Shown here: piece after piece, positions 50,113-60,206 of the stretch | Layout of the letters: each line of letters begins with the position of its first letter | Position numbering within the stretch: the stretch's first letter is position 1 | Position numbers and translations under genes: made by a program | Notes under the pieces: model-generated | Told to the model about the DNA's origin: nothing | Database searches by the model: none | Seen by the model: the letters and a program-made list of their open reading frames with translations, nothing else | Source of the DNA: an uncultured delta proteobacterium | GTDB lineage: Bacteria > Desulfobacterota > Binatia > UBA9968 | Reading direction: 5' to 3' | Length of the DNA: 64,000 nt | Assembly (NCBI GenBank): GCA_963840855.1 | Contig: CAWJBB010000021.1 | Coordinates: forward strand, 132,602-196,601

Positions 50113-51516
50113 ATGCGGCGAACTAAAATAGTTTGCACTATCGGCCCCCCGAGTTCTTCCGAGAAAGTCCTCAAGGCTCTAATCCAGGCGGGAATGAACG
50201 TCGCCCGCCTGAATTTCAGCCACGGCGACTATACCTTTCATGGCCGCGTCATTCGTAGGATACGCCGCCTCGAACGGCTGCTTGACACGCCGGTGGCCAT
50301 TCTCCAGGACCTCCCTGGACCAAAGATCCGCATAGGCCCCGTTAGCGGCGACCCGGTGCGGCTGGAAACGCGGCGGCAGTTTGTCCTAACCAGGAGAAAA
50401 ATTCTTGGCTCCGAGCTGGCCGTGTCGGTGAACTTCCCTGGGCTCACGCGAGCGGTCAAAAAGGGCGATCCTATTCTCGTGGGCGATGGCGAGATCGAAC
50501 TTGAAGTGACCCAGGTCGGCAAACACGAGGTCAAGTGTAAAATCATCGTCGGCGGTATACTCGGCTCGCACAAAGGGATTCACTTCCCGCATGGCAGCTT
50601 GAACATCCGCGCGCTGACAGAACGCGACAAGAAAGATCTGGCTTTCGGCATCGAGCAGAAAGTCGACATGATCGCGCTATCCTTCGTGCGCACCAGCCGC
50701 GATATTCTTTACGCGCGGCGCGAGCTGCAAACCCACGGCTCGACCATTCCGCTCATCGCAAAAATGGAAAAACACGAGGCGGTGGATCATATCGACGCAA
50801 TCTTGGAAATCGTCGACGGCATCATGGTGGCGCGCGGCGATCTAGGCTTGGAGATCGCCCAGGAACGCATTCCCGCCGTGCAAAAGATGATGATCCGCAA
50901 GGCCAACCACCTCGGCAAACCGGTCATCACGGCGACGCAAATGCTTCGCTCCATGGTGTGGAACCCGCGCCCCACGCGCGCGGAAGTGACGGACATTGCC
51001 AATGCGGTCCTCGACGGCACCGACGCGTTGATGTTATCGGAGGAGACCGCCGCCGGCGAATACCCCGTTGAAGCGGTCAGGATCATGGCTCAGGTAGCCG
51101 TGGAAACCGAAAAAATACTGGAGCCCCGCCAGCGTTTCACCGGACTGCAAAGAACCGTCCCGGAGGCCATCAGCGTAGGCGCCATTTCCTTGGCGCACGA
51201 CCTTAACGTCAAAGCTTTTTTGATCCCGACGTCCTCCGGCAGCACGGCGCGCCTGATCGCCCGTTACCGCCCGCAGCAGCCCATCATTGCCATCACTCCC
51301 AATATGCAGACCGTAAAGACGTTGTGCTTAGTTTGGGGAGTTTATCCGCTGCCGGTAAGAGGCTTCAAAAGCACCGACGAGATGATGCGCGCGGTGCAAA
51401 AGAAAGCGGTGGATTCCGGCATCGTAAAACGTCACGACTTGGTGGCGATTACGGCAGGCTTACCCCTCCATCAAGCCGGGACAACCAACATGATCACCGT
51501 GAAAGAAATCGAGTAG
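50113..51516 (+). CDS. pyk: Pyruvate kinase
   Basis: RRTKIVCTIGP, ARLNFSHG, DLPGPKIR, MVARGDLG, ATQMLRSM and PTRAEVTD motifs. Confidence 0.98.
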   Translation: MRRTKIVCTIGPPSSSEKVLKALIQAGMNVARLNFSHGDYTFHGRVIRRIRRLERLLDTPVAILQDLPGPKIRIGPVSGDPVRLETRRQFVLTRRKILGSELAVSVNFPGLTRAVKKGDPILVGDGEIELEVTQVGKHEVKCKIIVGGILGSHKGIHFPHGSLNIRALTERDKKDLAFGIEQKVDMIALSFVRTSRDILYARRELQTHGSTIPLIAKMEKHEAVDHIDAILEIVDGIMVARGDLGLEIAQERIPAVQKMMIRKANHLGKPVITATQMLRSMVWNPRPTRAEVTDIANAVLDGTDALMLSEETAAGEYPVEAVRIMAQVAVETEKILEPRQRFTGLQRTVPEAISVGAISLAHDLNVKAFLIPTSSGSTARLIARYRPQQPIIAITPNMQTVKTLCLVWGVYPLPVRGFKSTDEMMRAVQKKAVDSGIVKRHDLVAITAGLPLHQAGTTNMITVKEIE

Positions 51517-51709
51517 TAATTTCAAGTTCCGGGTTTCGAGTCGTGGAAACATCCCATAGGCGCTTTGAGTACATCGTTTTTTGCTGGCGGGTTTGTAACT
51601 CCGGCCTCCTCGTCATGGCGAAGATATCACCCGCTTCGCTCAATAACTTTCAATCGTTGCAACGGTCATCTGAAATGCGTTACAAGCAAACTAACAGGAG
51701 GACAAACCC

Positions 51710-52723
51710 ATGTCTGACGCACTCAAAGCTTTCGAGGAAGAACTGCAAAGCAAGAATTTCAAAGGCTATTGGCAAAACGTCCAGGGCGATGCCTACCGCG
51801 AACCCGTGCCGTCTTTCGGACCCTGTCACTGGAAAGGCAAAGATCTTTTCGCCGCCATGGAAAAAGCCGGCGACGTGGTTGGTCTGGATGTCTCGTTTCG
51901 CCGGGTGATTCAGCTCTGGAATCCGTCGCTCAAGAACGGCACGTCGCGCACGCTGGTCTTAAATTTACAATTGTTGAAGCCCGGTGAGGACGCCTTGTCG
52001 CACAGGCATATGGCCGGCGCGATTCGGTTTATTCTGAAGGGCCACGGTACCCGTTTGATCGTCGAGGGCGAATCCTTTGAGATCGGCGCCGGCGACTTCG
52101 TCACCACACCGAGCTGGACCTGGCATGACCATGAGAACCGCGGTGAGAATATGATGTGGCTCGACGGCCTCGACGCGCCACTCGTAAGACTATTGGAAAC
52201 CGATTTCCATGAGCCCGACCCGCGCCGGAAACAAACGGTCTCGAAACCCGAGGGCTACACGCTCGCCACCGCCGGCGCGCTCCGGCCGGCGTGGACGAAA
52301 ACGAACTCAATCCAACCGCCGGCCTTTTGTTACAAATGGGCGGACACGGAAAGAGCCTTGAGCAAAGTCGGCGAACAGCCCGGCGACCCCTACGATGGCA
52401 TCGTCCTCGACTACACCAATCCGATGACCGGCGGACCAACCCTGCCCACCATGGCGTGCCAGATTCACATGCTGCGCGCGGGGGAAAAGACCAAGAGCCA
52501 TCGCCACACCAGCTCGACTATTTATCACGTATGGCGCGGCAGCGGCGTCAGCTACGTCGGCGATCAGCGCTACGAATGGGAGCAAGGCGACTCCTTCGTT
52601 GTGCCGCTCTGGAGTTTTCACCGCCACGAGAATACCGCCAAAGACCCGGCGATATTTTTCGTGATGAATGATAAACCGCTGATGGACGCCATCGGCCATT
52701 ATCGGGAAGACGCCAAGGCATGA
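51710..52723 (+). CDS. Bicupin ring-cleaving dioxygenase, gentisate 1,2-dioxygenase-like
   Basis: QLLKPGE..SHRH, TPSWTWHDH, WLDGLDAPLV, YTNPMTGG, SHRHTSS and VPLW..HRH motifs. Confidence 0.88.
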   Translation: MSDALKAFEEELQSKNFKGYWQNVQGDAYREPVPSFGPCHWKGKDLFAAMEKAGDVVGLDVSFRRVIQLWNPSLKNGTSRTLVLNLQLLKPGEDALSHRHMAGAIRFILKGHGTRLIVEGESFEIGAGDFVTTPSWTWHDHENRGENMMWLDGLDAPLVRLLETDFHEPDPRRKQTVSKPEGYTLATAGALRPAWTKTNSIQPPAFCYKWADTERALSKVGEQPGDPYDGIVLDYTNPMTGGPTLPTMACQIHMLRAGEKTKSHRHTSSTIYHVWRGSGVSYVGDQRYEWEQGDSFVVPLWSFHRHENTAKDPAIFFVMNDKPLMDAIGHYREDAKA

Positions 52724-52728
52724 TCCGA

Positions 52729-52756
52729 GGGCGGCGCGCGGCCTGCCGCGCCCCTG
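52729..52756. repeat. REP-like palindrome after the dioxygenase stop
   Basis: Minus strand GCAGGGGCGCGGCAGGCCGCGCGCC; resembles the GTAGGGGCG REP at 39048. Confidence 0.5.
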
Positions 52757-52991
52757 CCGTCGGATTGTCAAGCGAAAAGGCGTCAACGGCCAGCTAATGG
52801 TGAAACAATATGCGCCGAGCCATGGCGGACTGCATCTACATGACCTACGTCGTCCAAGGGCTCAAGCTCGACGAAACCTCCGGCGCCGGAGACGCTGCTT
52901 TCCCGTGTTCGAGTAATCCGTTGGCGCGCAGTTATTCTTCGTAATTCGCGTCAGAATCGTCCAAGTACGACAGCACAAAGGACTGGTCGAC

Positions 52992-53699
52992 CTACGACCG
53001 CAACTTCGGCCACGACCGCAACAACCTTCCATATCCGGCAATTTCATAGCGCAGGCCCAGCTTGGAGAGGACAAACCACAGCATGGCGGGGTTGCTCGCT
53101 ACAATCGGCGCCTCGAGATCGGCTTCCAGCCTGTCTAGCACCTTGAGCGGATCGAGCAGCGCGCCTTGAAAATAAACTCCATCGGCGCCGGGTTGATCGG
53201 TGAAACAATTTTTTGTCATCGACTCGACTTCGGCGCTGGAGAGCTTCTGCGCGTCGGTGTGAGCGCGGAGTGTTTGCGGTGGATAGACCGCTTCGACGCC
53301 GAATTGTGCCAGATAATCCCGGTAAAGATCCTTCAACTTGTCATCCACCGGTGTCATCAACAGTGCCCGCTTTACGCCAAAGCCTTGCAACGCGACGGCG
53401 GACGAGCGTAACGCCGTTGCCGCCGGCACTTCAAGTTCTGCGGACAAACGCTCGTAGAATCCGGGATTGAGTGCTTCCCTGGGCCCGCCGCTGACGATCA
53501 CCCCGTCCCAGCTCTTATCCGCAATCAACCGCGCGGCTTGATCGATCAGCGTATCGACCTTGCCGCGGGCATCCCAAAGGGAAGCACCGGGATTGGCTTC
53601 CTGAACGAAAGTCATGTCAATATCACCGGGAATGAGCGCTTTAAAGCTCTCGTGGTGCGGGCTCGCCGGCGGACTTGAGCCGATAAAGCCGATTCTCAC
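52992..53699 (-). CDS. Asp/Glu racemase-fold protein (maleate isomerase/arylmalonate decarboxylase-like) without catalytic Cys
   Basis: ALQGFGVKRALLMTP, ADGVYFQG, LEADLEAPIVASNPAMLW and GYGRLL motifs. Confidence 0.8.
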   Translation of the reverse strand: MRIGFIGSSPPASPHHESFKALIPGDIDMTFVQEANPGASLWDARGKVDTLIDQAARLIADKSWDGVIVSGGPREALNPGFYERLSAELEVPAATALRSSAVALQGFGVKRALLMTPVDDKLKDLYRDYLAQFGVEAVYPPQTLRAHTDAQKLSSAEVESMTKNCFTDQPGADGVYFQGALLDPLKVLDRLEADLEAPIVASNPAMLWFVLSKLGLRYEIAGYGRLLRSWPKLRS

Positions 53700-53768
53700 C
53701 TTTGACCTTTGTGGTTAATTTTTCTTCTGCCATTTTTGCGCCCTCAAATGCGTCAGCCTGCTGGCGCT

Positions 53769-53808
53769 TGTTACAGTCGTTCCAAATGTTCCAATCGTTC
53801 CAAACGTT
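53769..53808. repeat. Nonamer tandem array
   Basis: TGTTACAGT CGTTCCAAA TGTTCCAAT CGTTCCAAA CGTT. Confidence 0.8.
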
Positions 53809-53953
53809 AAAACTAAGAATTACCGCAGCGATTTCCAAAGGGGGCTAGCATCCCTTTGGTCAGTCAAGGGCGGGGGCAAAACCCACCCGCGAATCGCTTC
53901 GTTCATTTACGCAGCAAGAGATGCCGCGGCTCTCTCAAGCCCTCAACCGTCGC

Positions 53954-54766
53954 TCAAGAGACCAGTCCGAACTGCCGCAGTTTTCGGCGCAACCAGGAGT
54001 CAGGTTGCCGAATCTGAACCGCACGGCATTCATAGTGCCGAACCCGTTTGGTGACCCCGCCTCGTCCGGCAAGCAACTCTTTAGTCTTTTGCGCCGAATC
54101 AATTTTCATCAGTAAAACCGTGATCGCCACAGTGCCGCCAACCTCATCAAAAACTGCCTGGCTGCCTTCTTCCTGGTCCAGCTTGACGCGGATTTTAAGA
54201 TCGTCCGCGCATTGGGCTCTTAGACCGAAACTGCCCAGCCGCTCCCACCCTCTTGCGCCCCCGAGGGGCCCGCTCGCGGCCGGTTCAACCTCGGTCTTTT
54301 GCAACAAGACCCAGACCGGCGAAATCCGCGGCTCCCGGGTAAATGAATACGCCACCACCACAAACAAAACTACCGCCGCCAGGGCTCCCGCCAACCACGG
54401 AAAGGTGAAAAACTTTTTCTTCCATTGAAACTTGTTGCGGACTCGGACGGGCCGAGGCGGCGCCTTGGGGCGAGGAGCGCTTCTCGCTCGGCGTACCTGC
54501 GCCGGTCTTTCCTGTGCTGCGGGTTCCGCGTGCCTCGGCGGCTCGACTCGGCTGTCATCGTATTCTTTGCGCCGTTCGGCGTTGCCCAGCACGGCATAGG
54601 CTTCGTTGATCGCCTGCAGCCTTTCCGTAGCGCGGGCTTTATCGTCCCCGGTAGAGTAAATGTCCGGGTGATAGCGCTTGACCAACTCCCGGTGCGCGGC
54701 TCTGATCTCCTCCTGACTTGCCGAAGGCGATACGCCAAAAATTTCATAGAAGTCCGGCTGCGGCAT
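53954..54766 (-). CDS. J-domain protein with a TM helix and an unknown C-terminal domain
   Basis: DFYEIFGV..ASQEEI, YHPD, INEAYAVL..RRKEYD; Pro/Arg-rich linker; one hydrophobic helix. Confidence 0.85.
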   Translation of the reverse strand: MPQPDFYEIFGVSPSASQEEIRAAHRELVKRYHPDIYSTGDDKARATERLQAINEAYAVLGNAERRKEYDDSRVEPPRHAEPAAQERPAQVRRARSAPRPKAPPRPVRVRNKFQWKKKFFTFPWLAGALAAVVLFVVVAYSFTREPRISPVWVLLQKTEVEPAASGPLGGARGWERLGSFGLRAQCADDLKIRVKLDQEEGSQAVFDEVGGTVAITVLLMKIDSAQKTKELLAGRGGVTKRVRHYECRAVQIRQPDSWLRRKLRQFGLVS

Positions 54767-54864
54767 GTTTCGACTCAAATCAAATCCCAACGACAATCAA
54801 GCGTTGACGCACGCAAAAAACATAGTAGCAACCCCAACATGCCGCGCGATCACTGGCTCGTGAA

Positions 54865-55098
54865 TTATTTGCTGGTAATAATCACTCCGCAATCGTCGCA
54901 GCGATAACGCGCGGCTGGTTCCTCCCGGCTTTTCACTTCGTCGAATTCGTAACGCCTAGCGCCCGACGTATCGAAACATTCCGGACAAAAACCATCCGGC
55001 AAATCTTCGACGGCGAGGGTCAAATGACAGTGCCGGCAGCGCACCGTTTTTTTTCGCTCCGGCAGTAGCTCAAGATTCGTATGGTTACATGAGTTCAT
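54865..55098 (-). CDS. Small Cys-rich putative double zinc-ribbon protein
   Basis: CNH, CRHC, CPEC and CDDC in 77 aa. Confidence 0.7.
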   Translation of the reverse strand: MNSCNHTNLELLPERKKTVRCRHCHLTLAVEDLPDGFCPECFDTSGARRYEFDEVKSREEPAARYRCDDCGVIITSK

Positions 55099-55146
55099 CG
55101 GCAGGTCTGTGCGAGATTGTTCTTTACGTTCGAGTATAGCTCGGGC

Positions 55147-56073
55147 TTACGTGCGCCACAGCTCGCGATAGCGCACGGCGGCAACCTGTTCATAAGCGAC
55201 CGGGCCGGAGAGATGCCCGACCGAATGAGCGAAACGGTTCATCCCGGCGACGGCTTCCTCATAAATATAAGGATTGTAAAACGGCGCGTCCCGTTCTATC
55301 ACGCTGGCGATGAGCGCGGCGGCGTCCGGTGGAAATTTGCGCCGTCCTACTTCAGCGGCCAGTTGGGGATCAGCGCGCAACGCCTTTTGGGCGTTGACGA
55401 TAGCCCGTACCGCGGCGCCGATGGTTTCGGGCTCGCGTTCGATGAAAGCATCGGTGGTCGCCATTCCCGCGAAAGTAAAGTGACGCACTTCCCCGGGATC
55501 GTCACCGCGCCGAACGTCGATGAGGATTTTTCCCGCTCCCCGGCTCACCGCGGTCTCGGCGCCCATGGCGTTGGCCCAGAAGCCGTCCATCTGGCGGGCC
55601 TCTAGCGCGCGAGCGGCGAACACGCCAAAGGACACGTCCCGCGCTTTTGCTCCCGGCAATTCGACAATCTCCAGGTCCCGCCCCGGCGTAATACCCGCGC
55701 GGAGCAGCATTTGCTTCAACGCGAGATCTGGTCCCTGCGCCGCGGTCAGGCGCAAGCCCTTTAACGCGTTGAGATCGCCGCGCCTTGCCGCCAAATCGGC
55801 CCGCACTACGAGCAGCCACGGCGTTCCCTGCGACAATGCCATGGCGACTTTGGCGCCGCGCCAGTCAGGGAATTCGGTCAGCACGTCGTGAACCGAACCC
55901 GCGATCATGGCATCGGCGCTGCCATCGCGCAGCGCCTTGGTCGCGCCGAGCATAGCCAACAACTCGATGCGCGCGTCGAGTCCTTCGGCCCTAAAGAAGC
56001 CCAGCTCATCAGCAGCCAAAGCCGGAAAACACGTGTTACTGACGAGATCGACTGCGGCAATGCGCAATTTCAC
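55147..56073 (-). CDS. ABC substrate-binding-like protein (NMT1/SsuA fold), no obvious signal peptide
   Basis: AADELGFFRAEGLDARI, LNALKGLRL, LLRAGITPGRDLEIV; GTG 56073 follows a GGAGG RBS. Confidence 0.8.
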   Translation of the reverse strand: MKLRIAAVDLVSNTCFPALAADELGFFRAEGLDARIELLAMLGATKALRDGSADAMIAGSVHDVLTEFPDWRGAKVAMALSQGTPWLLVVRADLAARRGDLNALKGLRLTAAQGPDLALKQMLLRAGITPGRDLEIVELPGAKARDVSFGVFAARALEARQMDGFWANAMGAETAVSRGAGKILIDVRRGDDPGEVRHFTFAGMATTDAFIEREPETIGAAVRAIVNAQKALRADPQLAAEVGRRKFPPDAAALIASVIERDAPFYNPYIYEEAVAGMNRFAHSVGHLSGPVAYEQVAAVRYRELWRT

Positions 56074-56133
56074 AGCTTCCTCCAATGCGACGTCCCGGTT
56101 ACATGATCTCCGCTCGCCGCACCGCCTCAAATA

Positions 56134-56670
56134 TCAAGGCGTATGATAGTTTCTCTCGTTATGCTGAATGGTGTTGACGAGCGCCAGCGCAAGCGGCCGG
56201 CCCGCGCTTTGCGCACGCTCGAGCAACTGACCGACCGCTTGGTCTCGGCGCCAGAAAGTCCGATAACCCAGTTGCTCGTATTGTTTGATCTCCGGCAGCC
56301 GCTCAGCGTAGATAATCGCGGCGCGGCTCGCGGCTGCCGCGCCGGGAAGGCTCTGCGCCAGCGGCAGGCCCTGGCCGGCGTTATTGCCGATGACGACATA
56401 ATCCGCGGCGTCATCAAGTTGCCCCAACAGTCCTTGAATTGCCGGCAACGACACCTCGTCCCAGTTTGTCATTTCGAAGCGCGCCTGCGCGCCGGTCAAG
56501 CGATTGGGGTAACCTTCGGCAATTTGAAATATCCCGGCGCGCTGAATCAACCGAAGCCACGGCAGCGGCGGTTCGGTGACAAAATGACCCACGGTCACTT
56601 CGTTATCGAAGATCACAGCGACAAAACATTTTTTCTTCAATTCGCCTAATTCGGCCTGAATCATCATCAT
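56134..56670 (-). CDS. Hypothetical protein
   Basis: 178-aa ORF with AAGGA RBS, co-oriented with its neighbours; no recognised motif. Confidence 0.65.
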   Translation of the reverse strand: MMMIQAELGELKKKCFVAVIFDNEVTVGHFVTEPPLPWLRLIQRAGIFQIAEGYPNRLTGAQARFEMTNWDEVSLPAIQGLLGQLDDAADYVVIGNNAGQGLPLAQSLPGAAAASRAAIIYAERLPEIKQYEQLGYRTFWRRDQAVGQLLERAQSAGRPLALALVNTIQHNERNYHTP

Positions 56671-56706
56671 TCCTTTTCAGCCGTTGAAACGCGCCCCCAA
56701 GCTCAA

Positions 56707-58618
56707 TCAGCGCGCCCCATCAGTTAACGCCTCGAGCGTCTGCCAGCGCGCATAACATTCTTCCAGGTCGCACTTCAACACTTCCAGGCGCTCCAGCGTA
56801 GCCGTGATCATGTCACTCGACTGCCGGTAAAACTCGGCGCCGCCCATGAGCCGGTGCAACTCCGCCTGCTCCGCCTCCAACGCTTCGATGGCCACCGGCA
56901 AGGCTTCGAGCTCGCGCTGCTCTTTGTAAGTTAACTTGCGCGGTTTGTCCGTTCGTTTAGCTTGCGATGGCGCCGGGGGTGGCTGCGTATTGGCGCGTTT
57001 CCTCGTCTCCGCTGGGTACTTCGGGAATTTGCCGTTGATAGCGCTCCCAATCTTCATAACCGCCGGCGTATTCGCCAAATTTACCATCGCCCTCGAACAC
57101 CAAGGTGCTGGTCACGACGTTATCGAGAAACGTCCGGTCGTGGCTTACCAGCAGCAGTGTCCCCTCATATTCGGACAGGAGTTCTTCCAGAAGCTCTAGC
57201 GTGTCCACATCCAAATCATTGGTCGGCTCGTCCAAAACCATCATGTTGGCTGACTGGGTGAATATCTTCGCCAGGAGCAAACGGTTGCGTTCGCCGCCGG
57301 ACAAGGCTTTGACCGGTGAGTCGATGCGTTGGGACGGAAACAAAAAGTCTTTCAAGTAGCCGATCACGTGGCGCGAGCGTCCCCTGACCGTTACGTAGTC
57401 CGAGTCGGTTATGTTTTCGCGCACGGTTTTTTCTGGATCGAGCATGCGGCGGTGCTGGTCGAAATAAGCGAGTTGCAACCTGGTGCCCAAGACGACTTCG
57501 CCGCTGGTCGGCTCAAGCTCACCCAGGATCAACTTGAGGAGGGTGCTCTTGCCCGAGCCGTTGGGACCGAGGATGCCGACCCGGTCGCCGCGCAGAATTC
57601 GCGTCGATAAGTCGCGAATGATCGAATTATCGCCGTAACAAAAGCTCACCCGCCGCACATCGACCACGAGCCGGCCGGACAGAGCGCCGGCGTCGATGCT
57701 AAAATTGGCTCTTCCTTGAGCCTCCAATCGCTCCGCTTTGTCGCGGCGCATGGCCTGCAACGCGCGCACCCGGCCCTCGTTGCGCGTGCGCCGAGCTTTG
57801 ATTCCCCGGCGAATCCAAGCTTCTTCCTCCGCAAGTTTCTTATCGAACTTGGCGCTGGCCCGCTCTTCGATCTCGAAGAGTTCGTCCTTCCTGCGCAGAT
57901 ACCCATCGAAGTTGCCGGGGAACGAGGTCAGCCTACCACGGTCCAATTCAACGACGCGGGTCGCCAATCGGCGCACGAAGGTGCGGTCATGGGTGATGAA
58001 CATCACCGCGCTATTGTAATTGACCAGATACTTTTCCAGCCAAGCGATCGCGTTGATATCCAAATGATTGGTCGGCTCATCAAGCAGTAAAAGATCCGGC
58101 TCGCTCACGAGCGCGCGCGCCAGCATGACCTGACGGCGCGTGCCGCCGGAGCAATCGGTAAGCCGTTTATCCTCCGGCAGATTCAATCGCGTGAGCACGG
58201 TTTCGACTTTCTGATTGATGTTCCAGCCGTCCAGTGTTTCGATGCGCGCCTGTAGCTGAGCCAACGCCCGTAGCGATTCGCGCTGCGCCAAGCCATGGTG
58301 ATGGGTCAGGTTGTGAAATTCGGCAAGCAGCGGGCCCAACTCGCCGAGACCACCGGCGACGACTTCAAAAATCGTTTGTTCCGTGTCCGGCGGCACTTCC
58401 TGCTCCAAATGAGCGACCCGGAGCGTTTCCATGCGCCAGATTTCGCCATCGTCCGGCGCCGCCGCGCCGGTAATTACGCGGAACAGCGTAGTCTTGCCCG
58501 TGCCATTGCGGCCGACGAGGCAAACCCGCTCGCCGGCATCGACTTGAAAGTCGACATGGGCCAGCAAAGGCTGATCGCCGTAAGCCAGCGAAATATTATC
58601 CAGTCGGATCAATGGCAT
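56707..58618 (-). pseudogene. uup: ABC-F ATPase Uup, frameshift at ~57015, probably an assembly error
   Basis: GRNGTGKTT, LLDEPTNHLD, GIKARRTRNEGRVRAL, LSGGERNRLLLA; C-terminal KLTYKEQRELEALP lies in the next frame. Confidence 0.9.
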
Positions 58619-58815
58619 GGAACCATCGGTAGAATGCCCGCGGTATGATCTCCTTCGAATGGAACAACCTGATGTAAACGGAGCAACACCGGCTCCTAGC
58701 ATAAATCATAGTGACTCCAAACGTAAGCGACGCCAGCAGAAGACAGCCGACGCCGGTTGGAAAATTCTGCATACTGCACTATGCTCGGTGGGACTCTGCT
58801 CAGGAGGCATCCATT

Positions 58816-60146
58816 GTGAACCTTGCCCTGGACAATCCTCTCGACGACCGGCTGATTCAATTACTGCGTCACTTTGGCCTCGCGCGCGCCCACTTCGCCG
58901 CTTGCATGCCGCGCGACTGGGAGGGGCTGGCCGCCAAACATCCGGAGACGATCTCGTCGCTCACCCTGTTAGCGCCGATGGGTTTCAACATTACGGCCTG
59001 CAAGGCGCCAAGTTTCCGCTACTCCTCATCGTCGGCGACCAGGGACGCCCGGCCAAAGATACACAGAGCGCTATGACCAAGTTGCCGCATGCAGAACTGG
59101 TGACGTTGGAAAATTATTTCAGCCCGCCGTGGGCCGACAGCGCGGCCGATCGCAGTGACGAAGTATTTGCCGCCATGCGCGACTTCATCGCCCGAGCCGA
59201 CGCAGCACAAGGCGCGTCGAGTATTCTCGATCTCGCCGAAGGTTCCGCTGAAGTCGCCGGCGTTTCGATTCGCGTGCGCGGAAAAGGTATACCTCTGGTT
59301 CTCATGCCGCTCGCCCTCTCACCGTCGCAGTGGGAGCCGTTGATACCGGTGCTCAGCGAACATTTCTGCACCATCGCCTGGGCGGCGCAACACTGGGGAT
59401 GGTGGCGCATCTCGAAGCGCGCGCACAGTCGGGTTATATGCACGTCATCCATCAACTTATCGATGAGACCCAACTTCAACCCGGCCAGTCGGTCTTGGAA
59501 GTCGGTTGCGGTCCGGGCGCGGTGGTACGCAGATTGGCCCAGCGCACGAGCGGCCGAAATCCCATCGTCGCGGTGGATGTAAACCGCTACTTGCTTGGCG
59601 AAGCCGACGCTCTGGCCCGGCGCGACGGAGTCGATGGCATGATCGAATTTAAGGAAGCCGACGCCGAGCATTTACCCTTCGAGGGAAACCGCTTCGACGT
59701 GACTCTGGCTTGCACGGTACTGGAAGAAGGGGACGCCGATCGCATGCTCGCCGAATTGGTCCGCGTTACAACGCCGGGTGGCAGAGTCGGCGTCGTCGTA
59801 CGCTCCATCGACATGCCGCGCTGGATCAAACTAAAGCTTGGCCCGGCGCTCAAAGCAAAGGTGGAGGACCCTGGTTTAATCGGCGGCAACGTTCAAGAGC
59901 GCGGCTGCGCCGATGCAAGCCTTTACCGGCGCATGCGCAAAGACGGGATTGATAAACCTGGCCATGATGCCGCAATGGATAAGCCACAACGGTGGCGAAC
60001 GTCTGCAATTTATGTGCAACCGGATCGCCGCCACGCTCACTCCAGAAGAGCTCAACGAGTGGCGGAGCGCCGTAGCCGCCGGGGAGGCGGACGGCACTTT
60101 TTTCATTGCCGAGCCGTTTCACTGCGCGGTGGGAACGAAGCCGTAA
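58816..60146 (+). pseudogene. Alpha/beta-hydrolase-like domain fused to a class I SAM methyltransferase; three frameshifts (~59000, ~59377, ~59940)
   Basis: GTG 58816 follows AGGAGG. Four track ORFs join end to end. VLEVGCGPG, VAVDVN, ADAEHLPF..FDV and ELVRVTTPGG motifs. Confidence 0.75.
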
Positions 60147-60153
60147 GGCTTCT

Positions 60154-60182
60154 CGTTCAAAGTTTGACGTTCAATGCTCAAG
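60154..60182. repeat. Heptamer tandem array between convergent genes
   Basis: GTTCAAA GTTTGAC GTTCAAT GCTCAAG. Confidence 0.75.
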
Positions 60183-60206
60183 CTGGCGACTTGGTACCAT
60201 AGCGCT

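Noticed and set aside
52810-52944. 44-codon ORF MRRAMADCIYMTYVVQGLKLDE... in the gap after the dioxygenase
   Set aside because: No clear RBS or recognisable motif; possibly a gene remnant but unsupported
56957-57087. Programmed ribosomal frameshift in uup or the other split genes
   Set aside because: No slippery heptamer or stimulatory structure seen; the pattern matches the regional indel errors
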